Shown one piece after another: positions 1-13,040 of a stretch of DNA of 64,000 nucleotides. Origin of the DNA: the human T2T-CHM13v2.0 reference genome, Homo sapiens. The notes under the pieces were generated by a model. It was given only the letters and a program-made list of their open reading frames with translations. It was not told the origin of the DNA and did no database searches. Position 1 is the first letter of the stretch; each line of letters starts with the position of its first letter. Made by a program: the position numbers and the translations under genes. The stretch lies in assembly GCA_009914755.4 (NCBI GenBank), contig CP086569.2, forward strand, positions 3,072,001 to 3,136,000, in the 5' to 3' direction.

Positions 1-99
1 CTGGAAATGGATGGTGGTATTGACAGCACAACAATTTGAATGCACTTAACAACACTGAACAATATACTTGAAAATGATTAAAAAAAAATTTTATGTTAT

Positions 100-3000
100 G
101 TATAATTTACTACACAAGTCAATCTTGCTCATTTCTTTTTTATCAAGTTTTTTTCAAATTTTTTATTCTATAGTCTTTAGGGAAATAGGTGGCATTTGGT
201 TACATGAGTAAGTTCTTTAGTGGTGATTTGTGAGATTTTGGTGCACCTATCACCCGAGCAGTATACACTGAACCCAATTTGTAGTCTTTTATCTCTCATC
301 CCCTTCCCACCCTTTCCGCTCAGTCCCCAAAGTTCATTGTATCATTCTTATGCCTTTGAATTCTCATAACTTAGCTCCCACTTATGAGTGAGAACATATG
401 ATGTTTGGTTTCCCATTCCTGAGTTACTTCACCTGGAATAATAGTCTCCAGTTCCATCTAGGTTGCTGCGAATGCCATTAATTTGTTCCTTTTATGGCTG
501 AGTAGTAATTTCTTTAACCACTGGTTGATGGATGGGCATTTGGGCTGGTTCCATATTTTCGCAACTGCAAATTGTGCTTCTATAAACATGCATGTCTAAG
601 TATCTTTTTCGTATAATGACCGTTTCTTCTGGGTAGATACCCAGTAGTTTGATTGCTGAATCAAATGGTAGGTCTACTGTTAGTTCTTTAAGGAATCTCC
701 TCACTGTTTTTCATAGTGGTTGTACTAGTTTACATTCTGACCAGCATTGTAGAAGAGTTCCCTTTCCACCACATCCACACCAACATCTATTATTTTTTTA
801 TTATGGCCATACTTGCAGGAGTAAGGTGGAATTGCATTGTGGTTTTGATTTGCATTTCCCTAATTATTAGTGATGTTGAGCATTTTTTCATATGTTTGTT
901 GGCCATTTGTATATCTTTTTTTGAGAATTGTCTATTTTCACTTTTTGATGGGATTGCTTGTTTATTCTTATTAATTTGTTTGAATTCCTTGTAGATTCTG
1001 GATATTAGTCCTTTGTCAGATGTATAGATTGTGAAGATTTTCTTCCACTCTGTGGGTTGTGTGTTTACTCTGCTGAATGTTCCTTTTGCTGTGCAGAAGC
1101 TCTTTAGTTTAATTAAGTTTCACCTATTTATCTTTGTTGCTGTTGCATTTGCTTTTGGTTTCTTGTTCATGAAGTCTTTGCCTAAGCCAATGTCTAGAAG
1201 GGTTTTTCTGATGTTATCTTCTAGAATTGTTATGGTTTCAGGTCTTACATTTAAGTCCTTGATCTAGCTTGAGTTGATTTTTGTATAAGATGAGAGATGA
1301 GGATCCAGTTTCATTCTCCTAAATGTGGCTTGCCAATGATCCCAGCATCGTTTGTTGAATAGGGTGTCCTTTCCCCACTTTATGTTTTGGTTTGCTTTGT
1401 CAAAGATCAGTTGGCTGTAAGCATTTAGCTTTATTTCTGGGTTTCTATTCTGTTCCATTGGTTTATGTGTCTATTTTCATGCCAGTACCATGCTGTTTTG
1501 GTGACTATAGGCTTGTAGTATAGTTTCAAGTCAGGTAATGTGATGCCTTCAGATTTGTTCCTTTTGCTTAGTTTTGGCTATGTGGGTTCTTTTTTCATTC
1601 CATATGAATTTTGGAATTGTTTTTGCTAGTTCTGTGAAGAATGATGGTTGTATTTTGATGGAAATTGCATTGAATTTGTAGATTACATTTGGCAGTATGG
1701 TCATTTTGACAATATTGATTCTATCCATCTGTGAGCCTGGGTGTATTTCCATTTGTTTGTGTCTAGTATGATTTCTTTCAGCAGTGTTTTGTAGTTTTCC
1801 TTATAGAGGTCTTTCACCTCCTTGGTTAGGTATATTCTCAGGTATTTTATTTTATTTTATTTTATTTTTTGCAGCTATTGTAAAAGAGATTGTGTTCTTG
1901 ATTTGATTCTCAGCTTGGTTGCTGTTGATGTGTAGCAGATCTACTGATTTGTGTACATAAATCTTTATTCTGAAACTTTGCTGAATTCATTTAACAGTTC
2001 TAGAATCTTTGTGGAGGGGCTTCTTTTGTGTTTTCTAAGGTATATGATCATATCATCAGTACACAGTGACTGTTTGACTTCCTCTTTAGTGGTTTGGATG
2101 CTCTTTATTATTTTCTCTTGTCTGATAGCTCTGGCTAGTATTTCCAGTACTATGTTGACTAGAAGTGGTGAGAGTGGACATCCTTGTCTTGTTCCATTCC
2201 TCAGAGGTAATGCTTTCAAATTTTCTCTGTTCAGTATTATGTTGGTTGTGGGTTCGTCATAAATGGCTTTCATTACTTTAAGGTATGTCCCTTGTATGCT
2301 GATTTTGCTGAGGGTTTTAATCTTAAAGGGATGCTGGATTCTATCAAATGCTTTCTCTTTGTCTCTTTAGTTGATTGTGTGATTTTTTTAAAAGAAATTT
2401 TGTTTATATGATGTATCACATTTATTGACTTGCATATGTTAAACCATGTCTCCATCACTGGTATGAAATTCACTTGATCATGGTGTATTATCTTTTTAAA
2501 ATGCTGTTGGATTTGGTTAGCTAGCATTTTGTTGAGGATTTTTGCATATATGTTCATCAGATATTTTGGTCTGTATTTTTCTCTTTTCATTTTGTGTTTT
2601 CCTGCTGTTGGTATTAGGGAGACCCTGGCTTCATAGAATGATTTCCACTTTCTCTATTTTGTGGAATAGCATCAATAGGATTGGTACCAATTCTTCTTTG
2701 AATGTCTGGTAGAACTCAGCTGTGTATCCATCTGGTCCTGGACTATGTTTTGTTGGCAATTTTTGTATTACCATGTCAATCTCACTGCTTGTTATTGTCT
2801 GTTCAGGGTTCCTAATTCTTCCCGATTTAAGCTAGGAGGATTGTGTATTTCCAGGAGTTTATCCATCTCCTCTAGGTTTTCTAGTTTATGCATGTAAAGG
2901 TTTTCATAGTAGCCTTGAATAATCTTTTGTATTTTTGTGCTGTTGGTTGTAATATCTCCCATTTTGTTTCTAATTGAGCTTATTTGGATATTCTCTCTTC

Positions 3001-4560
3001 TTGGTTAATCTTGCTAATGATCTATCAATTTTATATATCCTTTCAAAAAAACAGCTTTTTGTTTCATTTATCTTTTGTATTTTTGTTCCAATTTTATTTA
3101 GTTCTGCTCCAATCTTGGTTATTTCTTTTTTTTTCTGCTGGGTTTGGTTTGTTCTTTTTTCTGCAGTTCCTTGTGGTGTGACCTTAGATTGTCCATTTGT
3201 GCTCTTCCAGACTTTTTGATGTAGGCAATTTAAGGCTATGAACTTTCCTCTTATCACTGCCATTGCTGTATCCCAGAGTTTTTGATAGGTTTTGTCACTA
3301 TTATCATTCAGTTCAAAGAATTTTTCAATTTCCATCTTGATTTCCTTGTTGACGCAATGATCCTTATCAGCAGGTTATTTAATTTTCATGTATTTGCATG
3401 ATTTTGAAGGTTCCTTTTGGAGTTGATTTCCAATTTTATTCCACTGTGGTCTGAGATAAATAAAGAAATACTGATTTATGTATATACTTATTAATAAATA
3501 TGTACCAGTAAATATATATTTACTTTATTTAACATATAACTATATATTAATTATATGTATTTATTTATTAAATATATTTAATATATTATTTACATTTACC
3601 TGGTGCTTTTGCCTCATGGCTCTTAATATTCTTTCCTTTGTCTTGACTTTAGATAACCTGATGACTATGTGCCTAGGTGATGATCTTTTTGTGATAAATT
3701 TCCCAGGTGTTCTTTGAGCTACATGTATTTGGATGTCTAGATCTCTAGCAAGGCTTGGGAAGTTTTATTGATTATTCCTTCAAATATGTTTTCCAAATTT
3801 TAGATTTCTCTTCTTCCTCCAGAACCTCAATTATTCTTATGTTTGGTCATTTAACAGAATCCCAAAATTACTGGAAGCTTTGTTAATTTTTTAAAAAAAT
3901 TATCTTTGATTGGGTTCTTTTGAAAACCTTGTCTTTGAGCTCTGAAATTCTTTTGTCTGCTTATTTAATTCTATTGCTGAGACTTTCCAGTATATTCTGC
4001 ATTTCTCTAAGTGTGCCCTTTATTTCCTGAAGTTTTTATTGTTTTTAATGTATGCTATCTATTTCACTGAAGATTTTTCCTCTCATATCTTACATCATTT
4101 TTTGGTTTCCTTAAGTTAGACTTCACCTTTCTCTGGTGCCTCTTTGATTAGCTTAATAATCAATCTTCTGAATTCTTTTACTGGCAATTCAGGGATTTCT
4201 TCTGGGTTTGGATCCATTGCTGGTGAGCTAGTGTGATTTTTTGGGGGCGTTAAAGGACCTTGTTTTGTCATATTAGCAGAATTTTTTTCTGGTTCCTTCT
4301 CATTTGGATAGGTTACGTCAGAGGGAAGATCTGGGGCTCAAGGCTACTGTTCAGAATTTTTTGTCCCACAATGTGCTCCCTTGATGTAGTGCTCTCCCGC
4401 TTTTACTAGGGATGTGGCTTCCTGAGAGCTGAACTGTAACAATTGTTTTTTTCTTTTCTGGATCTAGCCAGCCAGCAGGGCTACCAGGCTCTGGGCTGGT
4501 ACTGTGAGATGTCTTCACAGAGTACTGTGATGTGAACCATCTTCAGGTTTCTCAGCCATG
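100..4560 (-). mobile_element. Older primate L1 (L1PA/L1PB-like) in minus orientation. The 3' end lies at the left. ORF2 remnants run 190-3440 and ORF1-region antisense runs about 3600-4560. AT-rich low-complexity sequence at 3470-3600 replaces the ORF2 N-terminus.
   Basis: Minus-strand ORFs 492-704, 1264-1458, 1549-1752, 1965-2273, 2273-2590 and 2970-3335 are L1 ORF2 (RT motifs FIPGMQ-like '[14 protein letters not shown]' and '[18 protein letters not shown]'). Plus strand 240-1400 matches the well-known antisense L1 3' region, including the 716-994 pseudo-ORF. 3660-3800 matches antisense of the L1 ORF1 C-terminal region. Confidence 0.85.
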
Positions 4561-4744
4561 GGTACCAGTCTGGCACCTTGTCTGTTTTCTTTAAGGAATC
4601 CCAGGCTGTTAGAAACTATTTTATATCCCTCATGAAGCAGAGGGTGACAAGAGATAGGAGAGACAAGCAGAAGTAAATTGAGAAAACAGAATTCAGTAAA
4701 CTAAGAAGAGAAAAAAATTCTCAAAAAGAACAAAGTCCTGGAAA

Positions 4745-4850
4745 AAAAATATATAAAGGCCTCTTGTGCGTGTGTATCACATATGTGTGTGTATGCATGA
4801 ATATATATACACATGCACACACACACATACACACACATAAAGATTCTATA
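4745..4850. repeat. (TG/CA)n-rich simple repeat
   Basis: gtgtgtatcacatatgtgtgtgtatgcatgaatatatatacacatgcacacacacacatacacacaca. Confidence 0.8.
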
Positions 4851-5989
4851 CATTTTACTTCAGAACCCTACCCAACACTGGTTTTTATGTTAGTAGAAAA
4901 GTAACAGCAGATTTAAAGCAGGAAGAAAAGAAAATAGGGAAATAGAGAATTTAGGAATTCTATAGTTTGAACATCGACTTTTAGGCTCTTTTTTCCTCAT
5001 GTAAGTGTGCACAAAAATAGCATAATATGTCTGTTTTACACCAATACTTGCAAGTAGAGGTGCCGTCAAACAAATTGTTTTTCTGAAAGTGGGTCATTCT
5101 CTTTGTGTTTTCCTCATTCTTAGATTATTTGTTTCCCACTACTTATTTTAATGGAGACACTGGACTGTGGCCTAGGCTTTAGTGTAGTGTGTCAAAATGT
5201 GCTGATTGTGGATGGAACTCTATAGTGTGTCACCACTGAGTCATTTCTGCCCTTTTATGTGCCTCAGTTTCTCCCTCCAGAGGTCTAACACCTCCAGGAG
5301 GACACAAAGAATGGAATGACCACCTCCTATATATATCTCCTGGATTAGCCTTCTGAAACTAATTTTGTTAGGGGTTCCCTCTCGGGTTGCTACAGGTTAC
5401 AAGGGATCAACCCCTCAAACACTCTCACTCAATGACTGGTCACCTAGGAGTGCCTTTCAGTTGAGAGGAGCAAAATGCCCTTTCTCTTCAGAACTGAGAA
5501 AACTCAGTCTCTCATTTATCTATGAATACAAGAGTTCAGTTTCTCATGCAAATGCATAAGCAAACCAAATTGAGATTAATTGGGGAGAAAAAACAATGGA
5601 GATGACCCTTTAGAACGCACTTCTGAACTAGCACCGGGGTGCCTGAAAGTGGAGTGTTCTCGTTGTTTTTAGAAAAAGGCAATGGAGAAGGCCATTTAGA
5701 ATACACCTCCAAACTAGTATTAGGAATCTAAACAACAGCTTTCTAGGAATAAATAAATACATAACAATAAATAAATAAACTGCTCAAAATAAGTCAAGGA
5801 CCATCAACCAAAGGGAGGTCTGGGGCTCAGGAGGACTTACCAGTTCTACCAGAGAAGAAGCTCTAAGTCAAGGGAGGCTTTCAATGGGTTCCAGCTGGTA
5901 CCTTAACTCCAGGTTCAGGCAACTTCATGGTCCTGAGTCTTTTCTGAGGCCCCACATGTTTGGGCACCACATTATTGTCAACAAAAAGA

Positions 5990-6600
5990 GTCAAAATCTG
6001 TAAAATATGTGAAAAGATTTATTCTGAGCTGAATATGAGTGGCCATGGCCTATGACACAGCCCTTAGGAGACCCTGAGAATATGTGCCCAAAGCGGCCAC
6101 AGTGCAGCTTGGTTTTATACACTTAAGGAAAACATGAGACATCAATCAAATACATTCAAAATATACATTGGTTTGGTCTAGAAAGGCTCAACAACTCAAA
6201 GTGGGGGCTTCCAGGTTTATAGGGAAATTTAAAAATTTTCTGAGTGGCAATTGGTTGAAAGAGCTATTACCAATAGAAACGAACGTCTGGGTTATGACAA
6301 GAGGTGGTGGAGACCAAAGTTTTATTATGCAGATGGAGCCTCCAGGTAGCAGGCTTCAGAGAGCATAGATTGTAAATGTTTCTTATCAGACTTAAGGTGT
6401 GTGTTGATGTTAAATGCTCTTCTGCTTTTTCTGAATTCCCAAAGGGAGGAAGAAATACTGAAGCATGTCTGACTTCCACTTCCCATCATAGCCTGAACCA
6501 GTCTTGGAGGTTACATTTGGGGGACCCTGTTCTAGAAGAGGAGGTTCATTCAGATGATTGGGGGGAATTTGAATTTTATATTTGGTTTATGTATTGACCC
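5990..6600 (+). repeat. Unclassified LTR-like interspersed repeat, copy A
   Basis: Shares about 75-80% identity by eye with 7540-7960 (motif 'gtgcccaa(a/g)g(c/t)gg(c/t)cac/agggcacagcttggttttatacat...gagacatcaatcaa...gggggcttccaggtt'). Confidence 0.5.
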
Positions 6601-7539
6601 AGCCTTAAATGCTAGGAATCAATTCCACTGGTGTATACTTCTGTTTATAATTGTTGGATTTAATTTGCTAATATTTTGTTAAAGATTTTTGTATTATGTT
6701 CATGGGAGATATTGGCCTGCAGCTTTCCTTTATTGTAATATTTGTGTGTGGTTTAGGCATTAGCATAATGCTTTCCTCATAAAATTAGTTAGAATACATT
6801 CTCTCTTCCCTATTTATTGACAGTCTCTATTTTTAATTAGTGTATTTAGATCATTGACATTAAAAATGCTTATTAACATAGTTGAATTAATATGTATTAT
6901 ATTTGTTCCCCTTCTTATTGGCCTCTTTCTTTGTTTTATATTTCATTCTTTTTCTCCCTTCTTTGGTTTTCATTTAAGATCTTATATAATTTAATTTTTT
7001 TCTCTTAGCGTATTTACTATACTTTTTATAAAACTTTTTCTAGTGGTTGCCTTTGTGATTGCTATAAAAATTTACAACTAATCGAAGCCCACTTTCAATG
7101 AACACAATACCACCTCCCAGATAATGCAAGTATTTTATAGTAGCATATTCCCAATTCCTTCCTCTCATCCTTTGTAACATTACTGCTATAAAATTTTCTT
7201 GTCCATAAGCTATAATCACCAATGCCATCATTGCTATTATTATTGTGGTCAAACACTTATCCATTAGATACATTAAGAATACGAAAGATGAAAGATTTTA
7301 TTTTACCTTCAATTATTCCTTTGCTAATGCTCTTTCTTCCTTTTATGTAGATTTAAGTTTTTGATCTATATCAATTTTTCTTTCTAATTTTTTTAACGTG
7401 TCTTACAAGGCAGATCTTTAGGCAAAAAATTCTTCGAATTATTGTTTATCTAAAACATCTTTATTTCTTTTTAGATTTCTGAAGGATAATTTTTGCTGAA
7501 ATTAGAATTCCTGGTTGATGATTATGTGAATCCCAAAAA

Positions 7540-7960
7540 TTTGAGACAGGTCTCAGTTAATTTAGCAAGTTTATTTTATCAAGGTTGAGGATGCACCTGT
7601 GATACAGTCTCAGGAATTCCTGAGGACGTGTGCCCAAGGTGGTCAGGGCACAGCTTGGTTTTATACATTTTAGGGAGATATGAGACATCAATCAATATGT
7701 GTAAGAAGTACATTAGTTCTTTCCAGAAAGGTGGAGACAACTCAAGTTAAGGTCCCCCAACTGGGGGCTTCCAGGTTACAGGTAGGTGAGAGGCAGATGG
7801 TTGTATTCTTTTGAGTTTCTGATAAGTCTTTCCAAGGGAAGCAATCACAGTATGAATCTATCTTTGTAAGCAGAGGGATGACTTTGAATAGAATGGGAGG
7901 CATATTTGCCCTGAGGGGTTCCCAGCTTGAAGAGGCCCAATATATTTTCCTTTCACAATT
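7540..7960 (+). repeat. Unclassified LTR-like interspersed repeat, copy B
   Basis: Same family as 5990-6600 in the same orientation, separated by about 1.2 kb of AT-rich low-complexity DNA. Confidence 0.5.
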
Positions 7961-8026
7961 ATTTTATCTCAACTACTTAAATATTTCACACCATTTTATC
8001 CTTGTTTGCATGGTATCTGAAAATAA

Positions 8027-8342
<316 letters not shown>

Positions 8343-9324
8343 GTAATATTTAATTCTTATCCTTCTTTCTCTGTAAGATATATTTTTTCCCGTGCCTTCT
8401 GTCAGGATGTTTTTCCTTGTCTGATATCTGCAGTTTAAATATGACATGCCTACAGCTAGAGTTTCTTTCTTTTTTTTTCTTCTTGTTGGTTTGTTTTATC
8501 TTCCTGGTGTTTGCTAAGCTTCCTAGAGCTATCTGTAGTTTAGTTTCATTTTCTTCCCTTTTTTTTTTGTTTTTGAAAATTCTCACTCATTGCTTCAATT
8601 ATATCTCCTGTCCCTTATCTTTTTCTTCCACTCATATTCCCGTTATACATATATTATACCTTTTTAAAAATTTTCCTAGAGTTCTTGTATATTCTGTCCT
8701 GGCTTTTTAATTACTTTTTTTTTTTTTTGCATTTTAATTTTGGAAGTTTCTACTGACTTTTTTTTTTTACAACTTACTTATTCTTATCTTGGTGATTTCC
8801 AAACTGTTGATAAGACCATCAAATCATCAAAATCACTTTTAATTTCTATTCGATTTTCATTTCTTGCATTTAAAAAAAATTAATTTGTATAGTTTTTACT
8901 ATCTGCTTATATTACTTATGTGTTTTATATGTTATTCACTCTTTCAGAGCTCTTAGCATATTAATCATAGTTGTTTTAAATTTTTGATTTGATAATTTTA
9001 CTATCTCTGCCATATCTGATTCTGATACTTGCTTTGTCTGTTCAAACTGTGTTTGTGTTTTAGTATGTGTTGTAATTTTTGTTTAAAGTTGTACATGATG
9101 TACAGGGTAAACAAACAAATAAACAAAACTGTATTGGTTTTCAGTGTGAGGTTTTACATACCTGTCTAGGGGTTAGGCTATCTTAGCTGTTTGCTGTAGT
9201 TACAGGGTTCAGAGGCTAAAATTTCCTCTGTTGCTTTTTCTACTGTTTGTTTCCCTTTTGTGTTTGGATTTCCCTAAATACTTCTTAGAAATGTGCAGTA
9301 GTTACAGTAGCATTCCCATCTTAT

Positions 9325-10543
9325 TGATACAACTCTGATGACTTGAGAAACACCAGGGTCCTTTGTCTCATGCCAGTAAGATCAACAACATGGACACACA
9401 TCAAGTGGTGATGAAGCAGGAGATGTGAGAGGAAAAACAAATATTCCCTCTTTCCCTTGGTATGAGCAGCTTTCCCCTCGAATCCCTCCCCCTTCTGTGC
9501 GATTGTACCCTGCTCTGCAAGTTTTTATGAGTTTATGGTTTCCTGTTTTCTGTAACTGGTGTCTGTAAGTCTCTGTTTTTTCATCGGAGTAGCACCACTG
9601 AGGTCATGAGACATGCTTGAGCAAGCTTAGATTGCAGCCCTCTGGGTGCCATAGCAAAGGACACAAGATAAGGCTGTGCAGGCATCTTGAGCAAACCTAG
9701 ATAACAGCCACCTGGCCTGCATAGCAAGAGTCACATGTAAGCCTGAGTTAGGAACCTGTCACAGTTTGATTAAGTTTGATTACAGACCATAACTATGACT
9801 GCCTTTGTTCTGCTTCTGTAAGCTTGCTTTCCCCGCCCTGCAAGTTTCACGCCACGGGCAAGCCACCTCCACTTTGGTTGTATGAATAAAAGTCAAGCCC
9901 TGACTTCATTTGTTGCTCAGCCTCTGCATATTAATCTGCTGAGCTGGTGGCCGCCTAAATAAAATCCTTCTGTTCCACCCATTGGTCTCTCTGGTCTCCT
10001 CATTCCCACAACAGTGTTAAAGAGCAGAAAGTTTAATAAACAAGAAAGAAGAAAGAAAGAAGAAAAACAGCTTCCCTGTACAGAGGGAGGGAGGCTCTAA
10101 ATGGAGATACCACATGTGCAGTGGAAAGCAGTAGGTTATACTGAGAGTCTGGAAGAGGCAGTGTTTGATTTGCATAGGGCCCAGGGGATTGGTTTGACCA
10201 GGTGTGTCATTCATGTAGCCGGGAAAAAACTGGTCCTCCTACCCTAGCCTTTTAAGATGCAAATGTGGATCACCATAATGTCCTGCACACATGGTGTTAT
10301 CCGGAGACAGCCATGACACTTGTCACACGTGGTGACAAGGAGAAGAGGGAAGGAACTGCCATGTTGGGTGGATCTGGTTTCTAGCCATTGGTATGTGAAC
10401 ATTCATGCTTGCTGGTCTGGTTGTTCAAGCCACTTTCTGTTAGAAAGGAAATTGTTCGGAGGTTGCTTTTTATTAAAGAAAAATTCCACTGATAACTTCC
10501 ACACTTTCAAGCTGCCTAAAAATGATTTCTTAACTCCTGTATT
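9325..10543 (-). repeat. 3' LTR of the provirus, expanded by a nested 596-bp insertion
   Basis: Homologous to 15470-16084 outside 9423-10018. The LTR terminal CA (plus-strand 'tg' at 9325-9326) abuts host flank. Confidence 0.8.
9423..10018 (+). mobile_element. Nested solo LTR of a different ERV family inserted into the 3' LTR, plus orientation
   Basis: Absent from the 5' LTR copy. Begins TGTG and ends ...CACAACA. AATAAA signals at about 9888 and 9957 (R region). Contains a 2x tandem duplication of about 60 bp at 9616-9744. Candidate 5-bp TSD aggag/aagag. Confidence 0.6.
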
Positions 10544-10555
10544 ATTTCCCCCCTC
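10544..10555 (-). promoter_or_regulatory. Polypurine tract (AGAGGGGGGAAA) immediately 5' of the 3' LTR
   Basis: Plus strand tttcccccctct directly abuts the LTR edge. There is no counterpart at the 5' LTR. Confidence 0.6.
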
Positions 10556-11411
10556 TGGAGAAGTAAACCTAACTGCTGCTAGGGGGTGTTGGATGACAAT
10601 TCTTTCTGGCTATTTCCTGCTGAAAAGGGGTGTTGTGTGGGGGAACAGCATTTGGGCCTCCTACTGAGGTTGATCTAATGGTTCTCAGAAGAATGGTGTG
10701 TCCATGCGTGGTTTGGTTTGCAGCACCATTTGGAGTTTGATTGCTTCTTGGCAAAAAGAAATAAATTTTACAAGGAAATTTAAAATATACAGTTAGCATA
10801 TGAGTATTAAGATTACCACTATTAGTGTACTTAATGTATTATTAGGGTACTATAGACCATAACTATGACAGTAGAGTGTGATACCTGTTAGTTACACCAA
10901 TGTATTGTAATACCGGTTTTCCTCCACTAGATGGTGCTGTACATTAGCAGAAACTTTAATATAAAAGTAACATTTTCCTTGAGAAAAGCATACATTTCCC
11001 CCTTGACTTGCCATTAGAGAACAATTTTAGACTTAGGCTATTTTTTATAACTTGCAATATGATTATGAGAAATATGTTATTGGGTGGCTAAAATAACTTT
11101 AGCGTTAATCTTGACAGTTCTTTCCTTGAATTATTAAATTCTTTCATGACTTTCACAGACCCTCTTACAACATACTTAAACTTTCTTACTTGTCCTAAAC
11201 ATCTTTCCTTTAAACAACCAATCATTTCCTTTTAGGACAAGAATTTACCATACAAAATCTTTCCTTATATAAAATCTCTTTTTTTTATAACCTTTTCATA
11301 GCTTACAGTGCACCATATTACCAATCTTCAATAAAATGTCCTATCAAACTTAATGATAGTAAAACTTTCATGCTTACTTCTTATCCACAGCTATTATTCC
11401 TGCTGTGGATA

Positions 11412-11663
11412 TTATTCCAAAGCAAAATAACTTTGGTTAATCTTTTCTGCAATTATTAATCTTGTTATAAGGATGATAATTAGGCAAAATATTACAGCAA
11501 TTAGAATTTTACTACCAGAATTCCACATTGTGTGGCCAGAGTGTATAGTTCTATTGCAAATAGTAGCGTGACTATAATAATTCCCACAAGAGTGGTGTAG
11601 TAAATAATTTCCATTTAAAACTTTACTTGCCAATATATAACATTTCCCTTTAGGGATCTGCAA
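11412..11663 (-). pseudogene. Possible env TM C-terminal remnant (membrane-spanning segment)
   Basis: The minus ORF contains the hydrophobic stretch ILIAVIFCLIIILITRLI. Its position just upstream of the PPT/3' LTR is typical for the env 3' end. Confidence 0.3.
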
Positions 11664-12558
11664 AATTACAAATGCAATTCTATGAATAATTAAAATCTGC
11701 CTGCCAAAATGCGTTAAAAAGAAGTTATAATATTTGGTGGCAAATTTTGAGAGGAAAGGCCAGAAATAAGAAAAATTATCTGGTGAGGCAGTAGTGGGAC
11801 TGAGTAAGATGAGTGGTCCTCACTCAGTTACTTATCTTTTATGCTTTTCAGCTTAAGATCTTCTATTTCTCCCCATTGATATTCAGGACATTCCTCTGTG
11901 CTGTCAGGGATTGCTCCCCCAGCTCTTCAGGCCTTGACTTGAGTGCAATGTATTCAGGAGTTGATTCCTGTAACTTTACTGCCGAGGGGATTGAAAGAAG
12001 AACAGTGCAAGGCCCTTGCCAGCTTGACATAGGGAAGGAGGGATGTGAGATTTTCACTAATACCACATTTTCCGTTGCTATTTTATAGGACATCCAGTAG
12101 TGGTAAGAGAATGTCTTTTCTTTTAAATGGCAGCATGAGCACAGAAAGCTAAGAAAGCGTACTTGGAGTTAGTATAAATGTTAGCTATCTTTCCCTTGCT
12201 TAATTCAAGTGATTTGTAAGAGCTGGTAGTTCAGCTAATTGAGCACTTGTGTCTGAGATGAAATGTTATTTAGAGTGACTACTGCTTATCCTGCCTTATG
12301 TACTTCTTGCTTTACTGGCTGTTTGTTAGCTAAGAGCTCCCCCTAGAGGGCAGTGATCCTGCCACATATGTGGAGTGTAAACAGTTAAATTATTTCCTTG
12401 GGTTAATTTGGAGGCTTTTCTGACTCATGACAATGGCTTGGAAGCATGTGTAAACAATAGTTCTTCCTAACTGCAACTAAGGTTGAGAAAAATATTGGAT
12501 TAGAGTTTTTCCTGAGATACCCCTTACGGTCATGCTATGGAAAGAGGGGAGGCCTGGA

Positions 12559-12859
12559 TTAGGAGAAAAGAGAGAGACTGGCTCTAGTGTTTAGAAGGAG
12601 GTCTACTTTCCTTCCTTCAATTTCCAGAATCACCCGGGGTCCTGTGCTGTAATGGCAGTCTGAGTTGCTGGAGCCGGGGGTTTGAGCCCTGGGACCCATC
12701 ATTCCTGCTGGACCATCTGTGAGACTGGTTCTGAACCCAGGGACCTCTGTCTTTTGGGGCAGTTTCATCTCTGGTGGTCTCTTCTAAAGGCTGGATAGGG
12801 TTGAGGTGGCTTCTACTTGCTGCCTGGGCATTCCTTCTTAAAATGCCCTGGCCTGCCAC
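12559..12859 (-). pseudogene. Retroviral protease-region remnant
   Basis: The minus ORF contains ...VILEIEGRKVDLLLNTRAS..., resembling the protease active-site context (LLDTGA) with substitutions. It lies immediately downstream of gag. Confidence 0.5.
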
Positions 12860-13040
12860 ACCGATAGCAACTAACAGATGCAGCTAGAAGACTGTGGACT
12901 TTGCAAGCCTATAAAGCTACTACTAGAGCCTCTATCCTTTTCCTGACCTTTCTCTTTTTCTTCTGGGTCTCCTCCTGGTCCCTATTATAAAAGACCAAAG
13001 TGGCCACCTTCAGAAGGTTCTCTGGTCCTGTAGCTTGCTT

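Noticed and set aside
716-994. Plus-strand ORFs with hydrophobic, protein-like runs (716-994, and similarly minus 27013-27413)
   Set aside because: This is the characteristic pseudo-ORF obtained by translating the antisense strand of the L1 3' region. It recurs wherever an L1 3' end is present.
10320-10667. 115-aa plus-strand ORF and its paralog 15804-16046
   Set aside because: Both lie inside the two LTRs of the provirus and translate to near-identical peptides because the LTRs are duplicates. They are non-coding LTR sequence, though useful as evidence of the LTR pairing.
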